A stretch of 63,416 nucleotides of DNA, counting the filler, from Chrysochromulina tobinii (Eukaryota), in NCBI GenBank assembly GCA_001275005.1. It is 5 parts of 5 records of this genome, joined end to end, with 100 filler letters (N's around TTAATTAATTAA, not from the genome) between each part and the next. Parts side by side here need not be neighbours in the genome. Positions count along the whole stretch, not along the records: positions 1 to 23,052 come from JWZX01001326.1; 4 more parts are not named here. The stretch is one strand, 5' to 3'. Positions 1 to 12,163 of this stretch are shown in pieces (the stretch's first letter is position 1; each line of letters begins with the position of its first letter). The position numbers were made by a program, and so were the translations under genes. The notes under the pieces were generated by a model that had not been told where the DNA came from, made no database searches, and saw nothing but the letters and a program-made list of their open reading frames with translations.

Positions 1-40
1 CCCACCGCGATGTAAGCCTGGTCTAGCTTTAGCAGGGACC

Positions 41-137
41 GGGTTGTCGCGCTCACCAGGCTGCGTTTGTGTAGCTTTGATGAACCGCGGGGTTGTCGCG
101 CCCACCAGGCTGCGTTTGTGTAGCTTTGATGAACCGC
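41..137. repeat. Tandem duplication of a 49-bp unit (2 copies)
   Basis: gggttgtcgcgc[t/c]caccaggctgcgtttgtgtagctttgatgaaccgc at 41-89 and 90-137, one mismatch. Confidence 0.85.
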
Positions 138-620
138 AATTCAACGTTTCAACGCGCGACCAGGTTTACCACGAGCTTCCTGTGGTCGTGTGTCCCGTGA
201 ACGTTAACACGACAGACGCGACAACCCGTGTGCTGTGTGTGGGTTAACTTGTGGGTTCTTGTTCAGGCTGTGAACGCGCCCCGGAACGCGCTGACGTTCC
301 TCGACGTGGAACAAGGGTGTGAGCCGGACGTGACCCGGTCCAGGCTACCCCTACCACTCGGGTGTGTGTTCGGCTTTGGTTCCTCCCAGGTGCTCCTCAA
401 AGTCATGAAGCCACTGTGAAGGAGGTAAACAGTCACAACACCACGCACGCACCCCCGGCAACAGTCACGCACGCGTGGAGCAAAACCTCCGGACCCACAC
501 AAGCACGGGACCATCCCCCCCCTCGCCCTCGCAACCCACATATTTGTGTGTCCTGAGGCCTTTGACCTTACACACGTCAGCATCCCTCGTACAGACTGTA
601 TCCCGAATCAAGCGCGCCCC

Positions 621-2009
621 TCACCTTTCAACATCTTTCAACAACGTAGTCGCCTCAGTGGCTGCTGCTGGTGCTTGGTTCGTCTGCTCTGCCGACTTCG
701 GGCGCGGCGTCATACACTGGCGGTTTCGTCCTTTCTCAAGGAAGAGGAAGGCGCAGATGATGAAGGGGACGGCGACGACGGCGGCAATGCACGCAATTGC
801 AAGCTCCGCGGGCATCGACGGCGCCAGGCATTCACCTTCCTTGGTGGCGTTGATCAGACTGACAGAGTGCAGCAGGTCGGGCTCCGCTTCCAGACTCAAT
901 CGAAGCATCGCAGCGACGTTCGTGGGAGTTCCCAAGGACGCAGTACAGGGCGTGGGCACCACCTTCGGGATGCACGGCTCGTCGTAGTAATCGTCGAGCT
1001 CGCCCACGCAGTTGCGCTCCTCAGCTCGTAGCTTGACCATGTCGGTGTACTTCCAGGCCTTGGCATTGAGCACAGTTTTGACAGCGCGCTTGCTGTTCAT
1101 GTCCGCATCAACCAGGTAGTGAAATGGGCAACCGATGGCCGTCGACGAGCGCAGGGTCGTCGGGTAGACTTTGGGGTCCAGCTCCTCGCGCGTCAACCGC
1201 CACGCCAGGCCGATGACAAAGTAGCACGACTCGTCGGATTTGTCGCGGTAGCTCCGCTCGTCGCACAAGGAGCCGACAAGGTCGGATCGGTTCAGATTCA
1301 TCGCCCACTGCAGCGAGCCCATGGTCAGCGCATCGCGAAGGTGAGAATGCCAACGGTTGACGAAGGTACTGTTGGCTGCTCCGTAGCGATCCGACGACCC
1401 TGGCGTGCCCCTGGGGGCCGGCCCTGGCGTGGCGATGGCGAATGAAGACATCGTGATAGGCTCATCGGGGCCTACTTCACCCTCAGCCATCGCGAAGCCC
1501 TGCACTGCGGAGCTTGTGGTGTTCACCCAGTGCTCCACGGAGCGAAACGGGAGCATCGTTGCGTCCAAGTACACCCCGCCGTACTTGTTCAGCGCCTCGA
1601 GCCGATACCAGTCGCCCTTGGACTGGTACCCAAGCGGCGCCCCGCTCATCGGGGTGGGTGGAGGAGAGAGCCCGTAATGTAATGCCGCCGTGGAGGATGA
1701 GATGATGCTGAGCGACCAGGTGGGATTGAGTTGCCGCATCCGGGCGAAACACGCGGCCACTATCTCTGGGTATGTTCCATCGCCGCCCACCTCCCAATAG
1801 GTCCATAATCTCTTCGGCACACGTTCGGCACGAGGTCCTAATACTTCCGCATTGTGGTTGAATGGGTATAGTGGGGGGTCGGGAGGGGGCGCGGGCGGGT
1901 ACGCGTATTCTTGAGGCAATAGAGCCAGGTTAGAGGCCGACTGCCATGGCAAGCTGCCTGTCTGCCCCATTTTTTGCTCCCAAATAAGGCAACATGAGTT
2001 TTGCAGCAT
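621..2009 (-). CDS. GT32-family (DXD, capsular-polysaccharide-synthesis-like) glycosyltransferase with C-terminal transmembrane helix
   Basis: Motifs VPKRLWTYW and KGDWYRLEALNKYGGVYLDAT; hydrophobic AIACIAAVVAVPFIICAFLFL near the C-terminus; start codon uncertain. Confidence 0.8.
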   Translation of the reverse strand: MLQNSCCLIWEQKMGQTGSLPWQSASNLALLPQEYAYPPAPPPDPPLYPFNHNAEVLGPRAERVPKRLWTYWEVGGDGTYPEIVAACFARMRQLNPTWSLSIISSSTAALHYGLSPPPTPMSGAPLGYQSKGDWYRLEALNKYGGVYLDATMLPFRSVEHWVNTTSSAVQGFAMAEGEVGPDEPITMSSFAIATPGPAPRGTPGSSDRYGAANSTFVNRWHSHLRDALTMGSLQWAMNLNRSDLVGSLCDERSYRDKSDESCYFVIGLAWRLTREELDPKVYPTTLRSSTAIGCPFHYLVDADMNSKRAVKTVLNAKAWKYTDMVKLRAEERNCVGELDDYYDEPCIPKVVPTPCTASLGTPTNVAAMLRLSLEAEPDLLHSVSLINATKEGECLAPSMPAELAIACIAAVVAVPFIICAFLFLEKGRNRQCMTPRPKSAEQTNQAPAAATEATTLLKDVER

Positions 2010-2177
2010 GCATGCCTCCGTCTACAGTCGACCGTACCGACGGGAGTAACCTTTGTACTAGCAAGAGGCAGCCATTAACCTACTACCTGCCGGCTTTCAT
2101 TCACGATTGCATTAGATCACACTCTGTGCACAAAAAAGGATGTCGCTCGAAGTCGCCACAAGCATTCCAGGTGTCGC

Positions 2178-3206
2178 ATGCCGCCAGCTGCACGATATGG
2201 GACAGTGTCACAGGAGGCCTCCGAGATTACGCTCGCCGACGAGCCCACTGTGGACCTGAGCTCGGGCGGCCTGAAGCGCAAAGCCGACATCCCGTTCGGA
2301 TCTCCAGTTTGGATCGCCGAAACTCTCCAGTCCACGATTGGCAATGCTCAATGGCGTGCGGACACGTTGGCGCAGATTCATCACGAAGTGAATACCGCTC
2401 AATCGAGGGCATCGGCATGGTGGGCGGGTGCCACGCCGGAAGAGCGCGCAAAAGCCGGCGGCGCTTCTGGCGTGATCCTCCTGATCCTACTGTGGCTCTT
2501 TGGCGCCTTTTCCAATTCCGAAGAGTTTGCACAGACCTCGGCGGTGGCGGCGCTGGACGCGAACGCGCTGCGCTTCGTGCAGCTGCCGTGCTTCAGTGGC
2601 TCGTGCAATAATTGGATGTTTCTTGCGGGCATGAGTAACGCGAGCATCTTGTGGACAGATGTCGAGTGCAACGCGATCGCGCGCAAGTTTGGTTGCGGAG
2701 GCTGCAAGAGCCCTGCGGAGGATGCGCTCTATGCACCCTTCGGCGGCTCGGTGCGTGGGCGCGTGACGCTGTGCCCCACTGACACGCCCGCGCCCGGTCG
2801 TATCGAAGTCATGAGCGAGGGCAGTGCACTCGGCCGCGGCACATACACCGCCATCGGGTCGCCCTCGTACGGGCCGGAGCAGCTACGTCTAAGCAAGTTG
2901 CCGTGCTGGGCGTCGGCGCTGTGCGATATCTACTTGCTCGAGAGCGACTCTCACAACTTTCTGAGCTCCGACGTTGCGTGCAACTACTGGTCGGCTCACC
3001 TCGGGTGCGCACCCCGCTGCAAGACGGCGGCCGAAGTGACCGCTGATGTGCGCCTGCAAGCGTTCACGACGCACCTGCCGCCTGGCAGGCCCAAGACGGG
3101 GCGTGTGACGGCGTGCAGCAGCAACCGCACTGTCGGTATGTCGGCCACCTCGGATGGGATCACGTACACGCTGCATCGCGAGACCTTCTGGTCGCGGGAA
3201 TCGTGA
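2178..3206 (+). CDS. Uncharacterised type II membrane protein with two tandem Cys-rich ~105-aa domains
   Basis: TM segment GVILLILLWLFGAF; internal repeat LR...LPC...C...DV.CN......GC...CK..AE...GRVT.C...G.TYT occurs twice. Confidence 0.7.
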   Translation: MPPAARYGTVSQEASEITLADEPTVDLSSGGLKRKADIPFGSPVWIAETLQSTIGNAQWRADTLAQIHHEVNTAQSRASAWWAGATPEERAKAGGASGVILLILLWLFGAFSNSEEFAQTSAVAALDANALRFVQLPCFSGSCNNWMFLAGMSNASILWTDVECNAIARKFGCGGCKSPAEDALYAPFGGSVRGRVTLCPTDTPAPGRIEVMSEGSALGRGTYTAIGSPSYGPEQLRLSKLPCWASALCDIYLLESDSHNFLSSDVACNYWSAHLGCAPRCKTAAEVTADVRLQAFTTHLPPGRPKTGRVTACSSNRTVGMSATSDGITYTLHRETFWSRES

Positions 3207-3972
3207 TTCTGAGGTCGTGGCGAGAGCTAGTGCTGCGCGTGCGGAGCGGCGCCGCGCGGCGTGCTGGCGGCGGGGCCGCCCGCCTCTGCCGGCCGCGGGT
3301 CACGTTGCTCGTTGGTCGTGCAGCCTGAACGTGGAGGCCACTGTGTCGACAGTGGAGTGCGGTCACGGCCGTCATCGGTTTTCCTGGACGACGGTGTTGG
3401 AGCCGTCCTTTGAGACGCGGTGCGCGGTGGAGACAGTGGTGCTGAGGCCTGAGCGCTGAGGTGAGCCGCGGCCCGCGGGGGGACCGCGACGAAACTGACT
3501 GAACACCTATAAAAATGGTGTGCGACAAAACGTATTGCGAGTATATTGATCGTCGACGACGTAACGGGCCGCGCCATACCAACTCGCAATTATGCGACGG
3601 CGGGAGCGATACCGTCCGGTCGCGGGCGGGGGACCCACGCCATGCGGGGACCGCCGCGGTCGCCGACCGTGCGTGTGAAGGTGTCGATCCGGATGCGACG
3701 CATGATGCGACGCCGGGGGGCGAAGCGAGTCGCAGTCGACCGGACTTGATACGGGGCGGCAGCTCTGTGCTTTCCCTCTCGTCGAGCACCGATGTGCGTC
3801 ATAGCCACACACACCAGTGCGGCTTCGAAGTGCGGCTTGGGCTGCGTGCGGGTCCACCATGGCCCTTTGCTCCGAGGCCTCCGGGTCCGCGCTGACTGCC
3901 CGTTAACTGCCCGCAGCATTACAATCGTGACCCGAAGTTGGATGTCGGTGTCAGGTGGCACCGTCGATGGTA

Positions 3973-5562
3973 TCAGCTCCAATCGCTCCAACCTCCAGGT
4001 GCCCCCTTGGGCGCATCCGCCCTGCGCGCGGCGAGGCGCGCCGCTAGAGGAGCTGAGGCGCTCCCGTCTGCGGCGGGCGCCTTGGTGACCAGCGGCGCAC
4101 TCGAGACGAGGCGAGGCTGCTGCGTCACTGGCTGCAGGGCCGAAGACATGAGTTCGTGCAGCGCGTGGTCGTCCGCCCATGCTGGCTGCTGGTGCTGGTG
4201 CTGGTGCTGGTGCTGCGGCCACGTCTGCTCCTGCAGGTACTCTGGCCGCTTGCGGTCCTCTTTCTTCATGCGCTCGCGCCGCATGAACTGTGCAAATTCA
4301 TGGTCGCGATCCTCCCGCGTTGGCGCGCGGACCAGCTCGATCGTCGCAAAGTCATACCGCGCCGCCGCGCGCTTTGCCGCCTGTGCAAATAGGGCGTCAC
4401 CCCTTGCTTTTTGACGGTCGATGTCATCCGCGCGCAGTGCCGCCTGCGCAAAAACAGCATCCTGCCTGCGGGCTTGCTCCCTTTCGTCAGCCTGCCGCCG
4501 CCCAGCTCGAGCCACCACCGAGTCTGCCCGCTGCGAGCGGCGCGCCTCCTCCTCCTCCTTCTGCGCTGCCAACTCAGCGCGTCGTTGCGCTGCTCGCTCC
4601 TTGGCAGCTTCCTTCAAACGAGCCTCCGCCGCCAGCCGCGCCACCTCCGCCTGCTCGGCCGCGTGTCGCTTCTTTTCCTCGGCCGCAGCTCGCTCCTTCT
4701 CAGCTGCGTCCGCGTCGTTCGCTTGCTCCGCGCGCGCCGCCGCCGCCTCCCGGCGCCTCGCCGCCGCCGCCTGTGCTGCGCGCCTCGCCGCGTGCGCCTG
4801 CCGCCGCGCTTCGTCCGCCGCACTACGCTCCGCCTCGTGCTGCATCCTCTCCTCGTCCGCTTGGCGCTTGCGCTCCACCTCCTTCTCCTTGAGCCGCGCG
4901 TACATCTGGTCCACCTCCTTCAAGCGCTCCTGCTCGAGCTTCGCCTTCTCCGTCGCCGCCAGCTGCAAGCGCAGCTTGGCTGCTCCAGCCGCCAGCCTCG
5001 CCACCTCCTTCTCGCGCTCCGTCGCCTCATCATCCGCCGGACGGGCTGCGCTGCGGCTCGCGCTGCTCTCTCGCCGGCGCGCTCGCTGCACTGAGGGTTT
5101 GGACTCATCATCATGCGCCGCCTTAGGCGCCGCAAGCGTGCCCTGGGCCGCCTTAAGGAGCCGGGCCTCCTTTTCATCTGCGCTCTCGAGCCAGGTGGCC
5201 TCCAAGGCTTTGGCCAGCGCATCACGCCGAGACAGGGTTTCATTACCACGTGGCGTCCCAGCGTCCTTGGCCAGTGGTTCACGCCGAGGCAGGCTCTCTA
5301 ACCGTGGCATATCGGCTTCCTTGCGCGGAGGGCGTGGCTTCACAGCTTTGAGGACCTCTTTTGGCGGAGGCGCCGGCAAATCCGACATCAGTTGCGCTGC
5401 GAGCTCGTTGCCCTTCTTGTCCGAGGCGTGCAGCGCGCGCAGTGCTGCGATCTTCTCGGCGAGCTCATCGTCGTCGTCATCGTCCATCGTCATCTTGGCC
5501 GGACAACGCGGGGAAGCAGCCATCGGCGGTTGGACGACCTTGCCCATCTCGGCGCGATTCAT
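3973..5562 (-). CDS. Uncharacterised coiled-coil protein
   Basis: 529-aa ORF rich in A/E/K/R with coiled-coil character; divergent from the gene starting at 5700. Confidence 0.65.
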   Translation of the reverse strand: MNRAEMGKVVQPPMAASPRCPAKMTMDDDDDDELAEKIAALRALHASDKKGNELAAQLMSDLPAPPPKEVLKAVKPRPPRKEADMPRLESLPRREPLAKDAGTPRGNETLSRRDALAKALEATWLESADEKEARLLKAAQGTLAAPKAAHDDESKPSVQRARRRESSASRSAARPADDEATEREKEVARLAAGAAKLRLQLAATEKAKLEQERLKEVDQMYARLKEKEVERKRQADEERMQHEAERSAADEARRQAHAARRAAQAAAARRREAAAARAEQANDADAAEKERAAAEEKKRHAAEQAEVARLAAEARLKEAAKERAAQRRAELAAQKEEEEARRSQRADSVVARAGRRQADEREQARRQDAVFAQAALRADDIDRQKARGDALFAQAAKRAAARYDFATIELVRAPTREDRDHEFAQFMRRERMKKEDRKRPEYLQEQTWPQHQHQHQHQQPAWADDHALHELMSSALQPVTQQPRLVSSAPLVTKAPAADGSASAPLAARLAARRADAPKGAPGGWSDWS

Positions 5563-5699
5563 AAAGAATCACATGTATCGTGAGACAGTATGCTGACACG
5601 GCACGTCTTCGGTGTACGAACAAATTTTCGCAACCTGTCCGTCTCTGTGGGAATTTTGGATCTATTCGGAAGCGTTCGGCCTCTTCGAGCGCCCGAGCT

Positions 5700-8600
5700 A
5701 TGGCCGACCCGGCAGGCGGCCCGGCGCTCCTCTCGGGGCGCCGCTACCTGCTGACGTACGCGGCGGATAGTGCCTCGGGCCTCGGGCTCGCTCGCTTGCT
5801 GCTGCATCGTGGCGCGGACGTCATCATTACGGGCGCGACCCAGGAGAGCGCCAAGGCGGCCGCCGCCCTGCTGAATCAGGAGGCATCGAGCAGCACGGCA
5901 GCGATGGGCACGGTCGAAGGGCTGGCGCTCGACCCCTACAACTTGGAGTCGGCTCGCCGCTTCGTGGCCGACTTCAAGCAACGCAAGCTGCCGCTGCATG
6001 CAATCGTGCATGGAGCCATCGAAGAGGCCGGAAGCAAGAGCCATTTGCCCGTGGACTTCCCGTCCGGCGCTGACCGCGCGCTCACGGCCAACCACCTGAG
6101 CGCCTTCTTGCTCACGCAGCTTCTGCTCCCGCTGCTCATCAAGAGCGGCGCCGCGCGCATCGTGCTCAGCTCCGACGCATCGCACGCCTCGGGCGACTGC
6201 GCGCGGCTGCGAGCCCTCTTCGCCAACGGCGAGGTGCGCCGGGCGCACACGCCGTCCATGGCGGAGGCGGTGGGCATGGCGGCGACGGGCGCGGGAATTG
6301 GCGCGGTATGGCACTCGCTCACGAGCGAGGATGCGCGCCGCTCACTGCAGGCGGCCGCCGATGCGAAGCTTGGCTGCCTTCTGCATGCGGTGGAGCTGCA
6401 CCGGAGGCTGAGCAAGCACAAGCTCACCCCGCGCAAGGTGCGCGTGGTGGCGGTGCTGCAGCCAGAGGCGCTGCTCGACGCACTCACGCTGGAGCTGCCC
6501 GAGCACCTTCTCCTCTACGCGCCGAGCGCCGCCGCAAGCGCCGCCGGTGCCGCGAGCGGTGGAGCGGCCCAAACGGACAGTTCGGGTTTGGTGCATGCAT
6601 CGGGTTTGGAGCATGCGAGTGCGGCGGCGCGTGACGCGGCCCTCGCGGCGGAGGCGTGGACGGCGACGATGGAGGTGTGCGCGCAGCCGAGGCCACTCTC
6701 TCCCGAAGAGCAAGCGCTCACGGACGCGGAGGCTGCCGAGGTGGCGCGCGTCAAAGCCGAGGCGGCGGCCGCAGCCGCGGCCGAGGCAGCCACAAAGGCG
6801 GCCCTGCCGCCGACCCCGCGCACTCTCACACGCGAGCGATTGCTCCTGCGGGCAGAGGAGGATAAAAAGAAGCGTGCGAGAGAGGCCAAGGAGGCGAAGA
6901 AGGGCGGCAGCAAGCGCGGTAAGACTACTGAGAAAGGCACGACCGGTGGCAAGAATGGGGCCGCTGCCGCCGCCGCACTGGCCGCCGCAGTTCCGGCCGC
7001 CGCGGCGCCGGCGACGAGGCGGTCGGCGAAGCCGGTGGGCATGGCTGCGAACACGAAGGCGCAAGTGAAACTCGGCTGCGAGGGGCCGCCGCCTGGCGTC
7101 GTGCCCAGCGATGGCGGCCAGTTTTGGGTCGACCCTCTCGAATGCCTCAGCCGCCTGCCTGACAACCCCTTCGTGCAGCTCACTCCGCCGAAAGACGTGC
7201 CGCCGCCGGTCGAGCTGCCGCCACCCAGCCCGCCCAAGCCGTTTAGCCCGCTCGCCAGCATGGCCGACACCGACGCCAGCGATGCCGCCTACTACGCGGC
7301 GACAGCGGCTGCCGCCAAAGCGGCTGCGGCAATGGCCGTTGGGGGCAACGGCCTGGGCGGCTTTGTCAAGCTCGGCGACTTTGGCAGCGTGGCGCGGGCC
7401 GCTGTGGCCATCCAGGGCAGCGCGCCAGCACCGCCGGCGCCGTCACCGCCGCTCGACGACGACGACGAGACAGACGTGGGCGTGGCCGAGGACGTGGACG
7501 AGTCCGGCTCCGAGGCGCAATCTCCCGAACAGCTGCGCGCAAAGCTACGCAGTGCTATCCGCGACGTCGGCGACGCCACGCGTACGGCGGGGCGTGGCGT
7601 CTCGTTCTCGGCGGACGATGTGGAGGCCACCTCCGCTGAGGAGGCTGGCAGCCTGCTCACGGATTCGGATCGCGCGCCGTCGGACCTCGCGCCGTCGGAG
7701 CTCGCGAGTGACCTGCGCCGGGCGACGAAGGCGATGAAGGGCTTCCAGTCATCGCGTGCCGAGGAAGAGCGGCGCAACGCCTCGATGCGTGTGCTCGCCG
7801 TCCTCCAGAATGCGCGCACCCTCGTCAACCAGTGGAACTTGCTCGCCGAGAACACGACCGGCGGCGGCTACATATGCCCCCCCCGGACGCGCTGGTGCGC
7901 GGTGTTCGCCAGGATGAGCAAGGCTTCGCCAAAGTGCACAAGTCCATCCAGCAGCTCGAGGCGATGCTCCTTGCCGATCCGCAGCATGCGCAGGCGCGAG
8001 CCCTGCGGCGGCAGCTGCAAGCCATCGTCAAGGCCGATCACGACCGCGCCGTCGTCTACGCGATGAACGCAGCCAAGTCCGTGCACGAACGCAAGCGCTT
8101 CGACGCGTACATGATCGTGCGCGTCGCCCCTCTGCTGGGCCGGCGCTGCTTCGTGCCCGTCGAGGTGGTCAACGTGCCCGTGACTGCGCAGGCCGAGCTC
8201 CTCAAGGGACCACTTGGCGGCAAATCGATGGAAGGCGTGGTGCTCAAATCCGCGGGGGGGGGGCGTCGTGTGGGTCTACATCTTTGCGGAGCTGATGCCG
8301 TTCCGGCTATGGATGGCGGACGTTCAGGGCTGGCTCTCGCGCGAGGATAAGGAGGAGCTGGGTCTTGTGCATAGGGATCTGACGCCCTACCTCGCGCAGG
8401 GCGCCCTCGATGAGAAGAACGGCTGGTTGCCGCCCGCGCCACTGCCCGACCTCGTGCAGCAGGCAAATGATGCCGGCGCGCCGAGTGACGAAACGCCGGC
8501 GCCTCCGCCCAACCGCGCTCTCGCGCCGTACTGGGCGTCAGTCGCGTGCGCGCAGCCGCCGCTCGTACGTTCCGGCTGCGGACTCAAGACTGGCGAGGTG

Positions 8601-10472
8601 GGACGACTCGCGCTTGGGAGCCGCGTGCACGTGCTCGAGACCATCGACACGGACGAGGGTATGCGGCGCGCGCGCGTCGCACTCGAGGGCACGCCCGACG
8701 TCGACTACGGCTGGATGACCGTGCTCACCAAAGACGGATCCGCCAACCTGCGCGTCCTGCGCAAGTCGGAGTGGCCCGTCTCAGCCAACCCGGCGGCCGA
8801 CGCGGCCGACGGTGGCGGTGGCGGCGCGCCAACCGAGCAGTTCGCGGGACCGACCTTGCGGCAGCAGACTTTGGAAGGCGATGCGAAGCTGCTCGGTGTG
8901 GCGCGCGTGTCGGAGCAGCTCAAGGCGCTCTACGGGCAGGCGGGCGGCCTGCCAGCCGCTGAGCCGACCCCGAAGGCAATCCCTAAGGGGACCCCGAACG
9001 GGAAGACCTCTACGAGCAAAGCTGCCGCACCTGGGAAGCTCAAGGTGGCCAGCACGCCGACGATCAAGGCTGCCGGTAAGAAGAGCGGCGGCACGCCCGT
9101 CCTGGTCAAGCCCCCCAAGACGACGCCCATAGGCTCGAGCCGAGCTGCCAAGCTCTTGGGCGCCGTTGCCACGGACTCGAAGCTCGTTGCCATCAACAAG
9201 GAGCTCGTGGCCTCTGATGAGCCCAAGGCTTCTGCGCCAGCTTCGCCTCTGCCACCAACGGCTCCGCCTCTGCCGCCATCGGCTCCGCCTCTGCCCTCAG
9301 CGGCCACGCCCACCTTTATGGCAGAGGCGCTCGCGACTTCGTGGTCGGCCTCCGTGAGCGCCGCCGCGAGCGCCCCCCTCGACGAGGCCGGCGTCGTCAA
9401 GAAGGCCAAGATGGCGGCGGCCACCCCGACCGAAGAGGTGAGTGCCACCAAGAAGGGAAAGAAGGCGAGCGCCGGTACCGGTAGCAAAGCGGCCAAGCCG
9501 CCCAAGGCGAAGAAGGAACTCTTTGAGGCCTCGAGCGCGACAGGCAACGCCAGTGATGCCGTGGTCAACTTGTTCGACGCTCTCGGCGCGAACGGGCCGC
9601 ACGACGTCGGCGCGAGCGTGCACCGAGCACCGGTCCAGGTGCCGGTGCCGGCAGCGCCGCCGCCCGAGCCGCGACCGCCGCCGCCGCCGTATGCGGAGGA
9701 GGCATGGGAGGCTGACGAGGCGGAGGCGTCGCCCCACGGCCCGCCGTCGCCGCCAATCAAGAGCTCGCGAGGCCGGCCGCTCTCCGCGGCCGAGGCAGCG
9801 GAGGTTGCTGAACTTCAGTCCATGGGTATTGGGCGGGGCCGAGCTACGCCCAGAGCTACACCCAGGGGCGAAGCCACCCCCCGGGCGGCGCTCAAGGCAA
9901 CTCCCAAGAAGAGCGCCGGACCGGGGCGGAGCGCCGACGCGGCATCGCCATCCCTGACCAAAAGCAAGGCTGCCAAGGCTAAGGCTGTTGCGACCGCGCC
10001 TAACGCGCTCGCCACGCCCGCCGTGCCCGCCACGCCCGCCACCCCCGTGGTGACGACGAACACGCCGGGCAGCGGAAGGTTGGCTAAGCTGAGCCTTGGC
10101 AGCAGCCTGGATGGGCCCCTCGCCATCCGGACGGAGGGCAGCCTCTCGACGCACACGACCGAAACGACGCCCTCGCCCAACGACATGTCCTCCGCAGTGA
10201 ACGAAAAGAAGAAGCCCGCAGCGGCTGCCGGCGCCGGCGCCGGCACCAAGAAGCCGATCGCCACCTCGCCGACTGTCTCGGTGAGCGCGGCGGCGACCAG
10301 GGCGAAGGCGGACCAAGCGAGGGCCCTCGAGATCAAGGCGGACCAAGCATGGGCCGTGGAGGCTAAGGCGGCTAAGGTGCCCATCGCCAGCTCGGTCGAT
10401 GCGCTGATGGCGCAGCTCATGGCCCAGGCGGCGGCCGAGATCCGCGGTCAACAGAGCCCAGTCTTCTCTTAA
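5700..10472 (+). CDS. Long protein with degenerate N-terminal SDR (retinol-dehydrogenase-like) domain, SH3-like domain and low-complexity tail; broken by two homopolymer frameshifts
   Basis: SDR-like motifs SGLGLARLLLHRGADVII, ANHLSAFLLTQLLLPLL, ARIVLSS, AKLGCLLHAVELHRRL. Coding-like sequence passes from ORF 5580-8066 to 7832-8350 at C8 (7877-7884) and to 8214-10472 at G10 (8254-8263). SH3-like segment PPLVRSG...GWMTV. Confidence 0.6.
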
Positions 10473-10705
10473 AACGTTGACGTCGGGACACAGAAGAAGC
10501 CATCGAAACGCCCCTCGTCATGGGAACGGCCCGCGGTTCAAAAATCAGACATAGTTGCTCTTTACTCGGACATGTCAGTGTCGGTGGGAGAGCGGTCGAC
10601 GTTGAGCCCGGTTTGGTTCCCGTGTAGGGGCATCTGGGAAAAGACGCAAAAGGCAACGGTTGCGAAGGATTAGTTTACTAGTGATATGAGCATCTCCGGT
10701 TTTGC

Positions 10706-12163
10706 ATGCAACACAGTCAGTCAGGATTCCAGTCACGAATCAGTTTCTTCGCGGTCCCCCCACGCCACGAAATAGGACACAACCATGTTGTCGTGGCTTT
10801 GAAGGCCTTCAGAATGGTGTGTACGTCACTGCTGGCCCTGCTGCTAGTCACCGATTGGCAACTTTACTCTGCTTTGCCTGACGCTTCTGATGTCAGCCTG
10901 CTCCCCGCGCTCGTCATCTCCAACTCTGAAGAGCGCTTTGAGCGCTCAGCTGCAATGCTGCGCACTTTCGGCTTTGGCGCCATGCACTCACCAGCAGCTT
11001 ACGTGAACATGACACCGACGTGTGGAGGAACCAACGGCCACAGACTCGCGCTCCGCAAGGCCTGGCAGAGGATTATGGACGAGGACCGGGCAATGGCCGT
11101 ATTTGAGGACGACGCCGTCCCAGCAACAGGCGTGGCGCGTTCCGAGATCCATGACTACATAAACGACTCTGCAAAGGACCATGATCTTATCTGGCTGGGA
11201 GGAATCGGGCGCTTGGGCAACTGTCATGTGAAGATGGACACGTGTTTTCAGACTCGAATCCTCGGTCAGAAGGCGAGCAACACATTCTACACCGATCATG
11301 CTCGCTGGGTCACGCCGCGCGCGGCCCGTATCATGCTAGGATGCACTCGACCCTGCATCAAGGAGAAGGGCTGGGGCGTGGATTCGATCGCACGCGCTGT
11401 CTGCCGCGTAGGCTTGCACGGCGCCAAGAACACCACCTGGCGCCAACGCACGTTCATCACCTTGGCGCCGCTTGCACGCATGGAACTTCCTAAACTTGCC
11501 ATGAGCATCGTCAATCATTATTGCCTACCCTCCGTGAAGATGGACCTGCTGCATCGCGACCGCACGCCGCTGCGCTGCCGGCTGCCACCAGAGAGTCCAG
11601 CTCAGAGAACATCACCCAAAGAGCGTACAGCACTGGGCAGTTTGCAACGTGTGTCGAGCTCGCCGCTGGTCTCCATTGGCTACTTTTGGCAGAAGCAGAG
11701 CAACACCTCCTCCGCAAATGAGCAGCTCCGTGAGAAAATCGCCTATGAAACCTTTGCTGTGCGCGTGCTGAACACAACGATCGAGCACACACACGCATGC
11801 CACAGCAAGCACGTGATGCACCGCATGCTCATGAGACCGGGCAGCCAAGCCGAGCTCACATCCAAGTGTGAAGCCCGGTGCATGCAGCGGCATGGGCAAT
11901 GCGCCGCCTTTGGCACCGGCCGCAACCGATTAGGCACGCCTGTGTGCTCGCTCTTCAAGGTGTGCGGTGCACCTGCGGCAACGCCCCACCATGAGTCCTC
12001 CGAATCCACGCCACCCAGGGCGGAGACGGAGAAGCAGGAGGATGATGCGCCGGCCGTGCACTCCATCCTTGAAGCGTCCATGCCGCTGACCACATACAAG
12101 GATCCTGAGATCAGCAGTGAGCTCGTGCGATACTTTAGCGTACGGCAGCCGCAGCTCACGTAG
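10706..12163 (+). CDS. GT25-like glycosyltransferase (likely start ~10814, signal anchor MVCTSLLALLL)
   Basis: VISNSEERFER, GHRLALRKAWQRI, MAVFEDDA and DLIWLG match the GT25/LPS-biosynthesis pattern. Confidence 0.65.
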   Translation: MQHSQSGFQSRISFFAVPPRHEIGHNHVVVALKAFRMVCTSLLALLLVTDWQLYSALPDASDVSLLPALVISNSEERFERSAAMLRTFGFGAMHSPAAYVNMTPTCGGTNGHRLALRKAWQRIMDEDRAMAVFEDDAVPATGVARSEIHDYINDSAKDHDLIWLGGIGRLGNCHVKMDTCFQTRILGQKASNTFYTDHARWVTPRAARIMLGCTRPCIKEKGWGVDSIARAVCRVGLHGAKNTTWRQRTFITLAPLARMELPKLAMSIVNHYCLPSVKMDLLHRDRTPLRCRLPPESPAQRTSPKERTALGSLQRVSSSPLVSIGYFWQKQSNTSSANEQLREKIAYETFAVRVLNTTIEHTHACHSKHVMHRMLMRPGSQAELTSKCEARCMQRHGQCAAFGTGRNRLGTPVCSLFKVCGAPAATPHHESSESTPPRAETEKQEDDAPAVHSILEASMPLTTYKDPEISSELVRYFSVRQPQLT

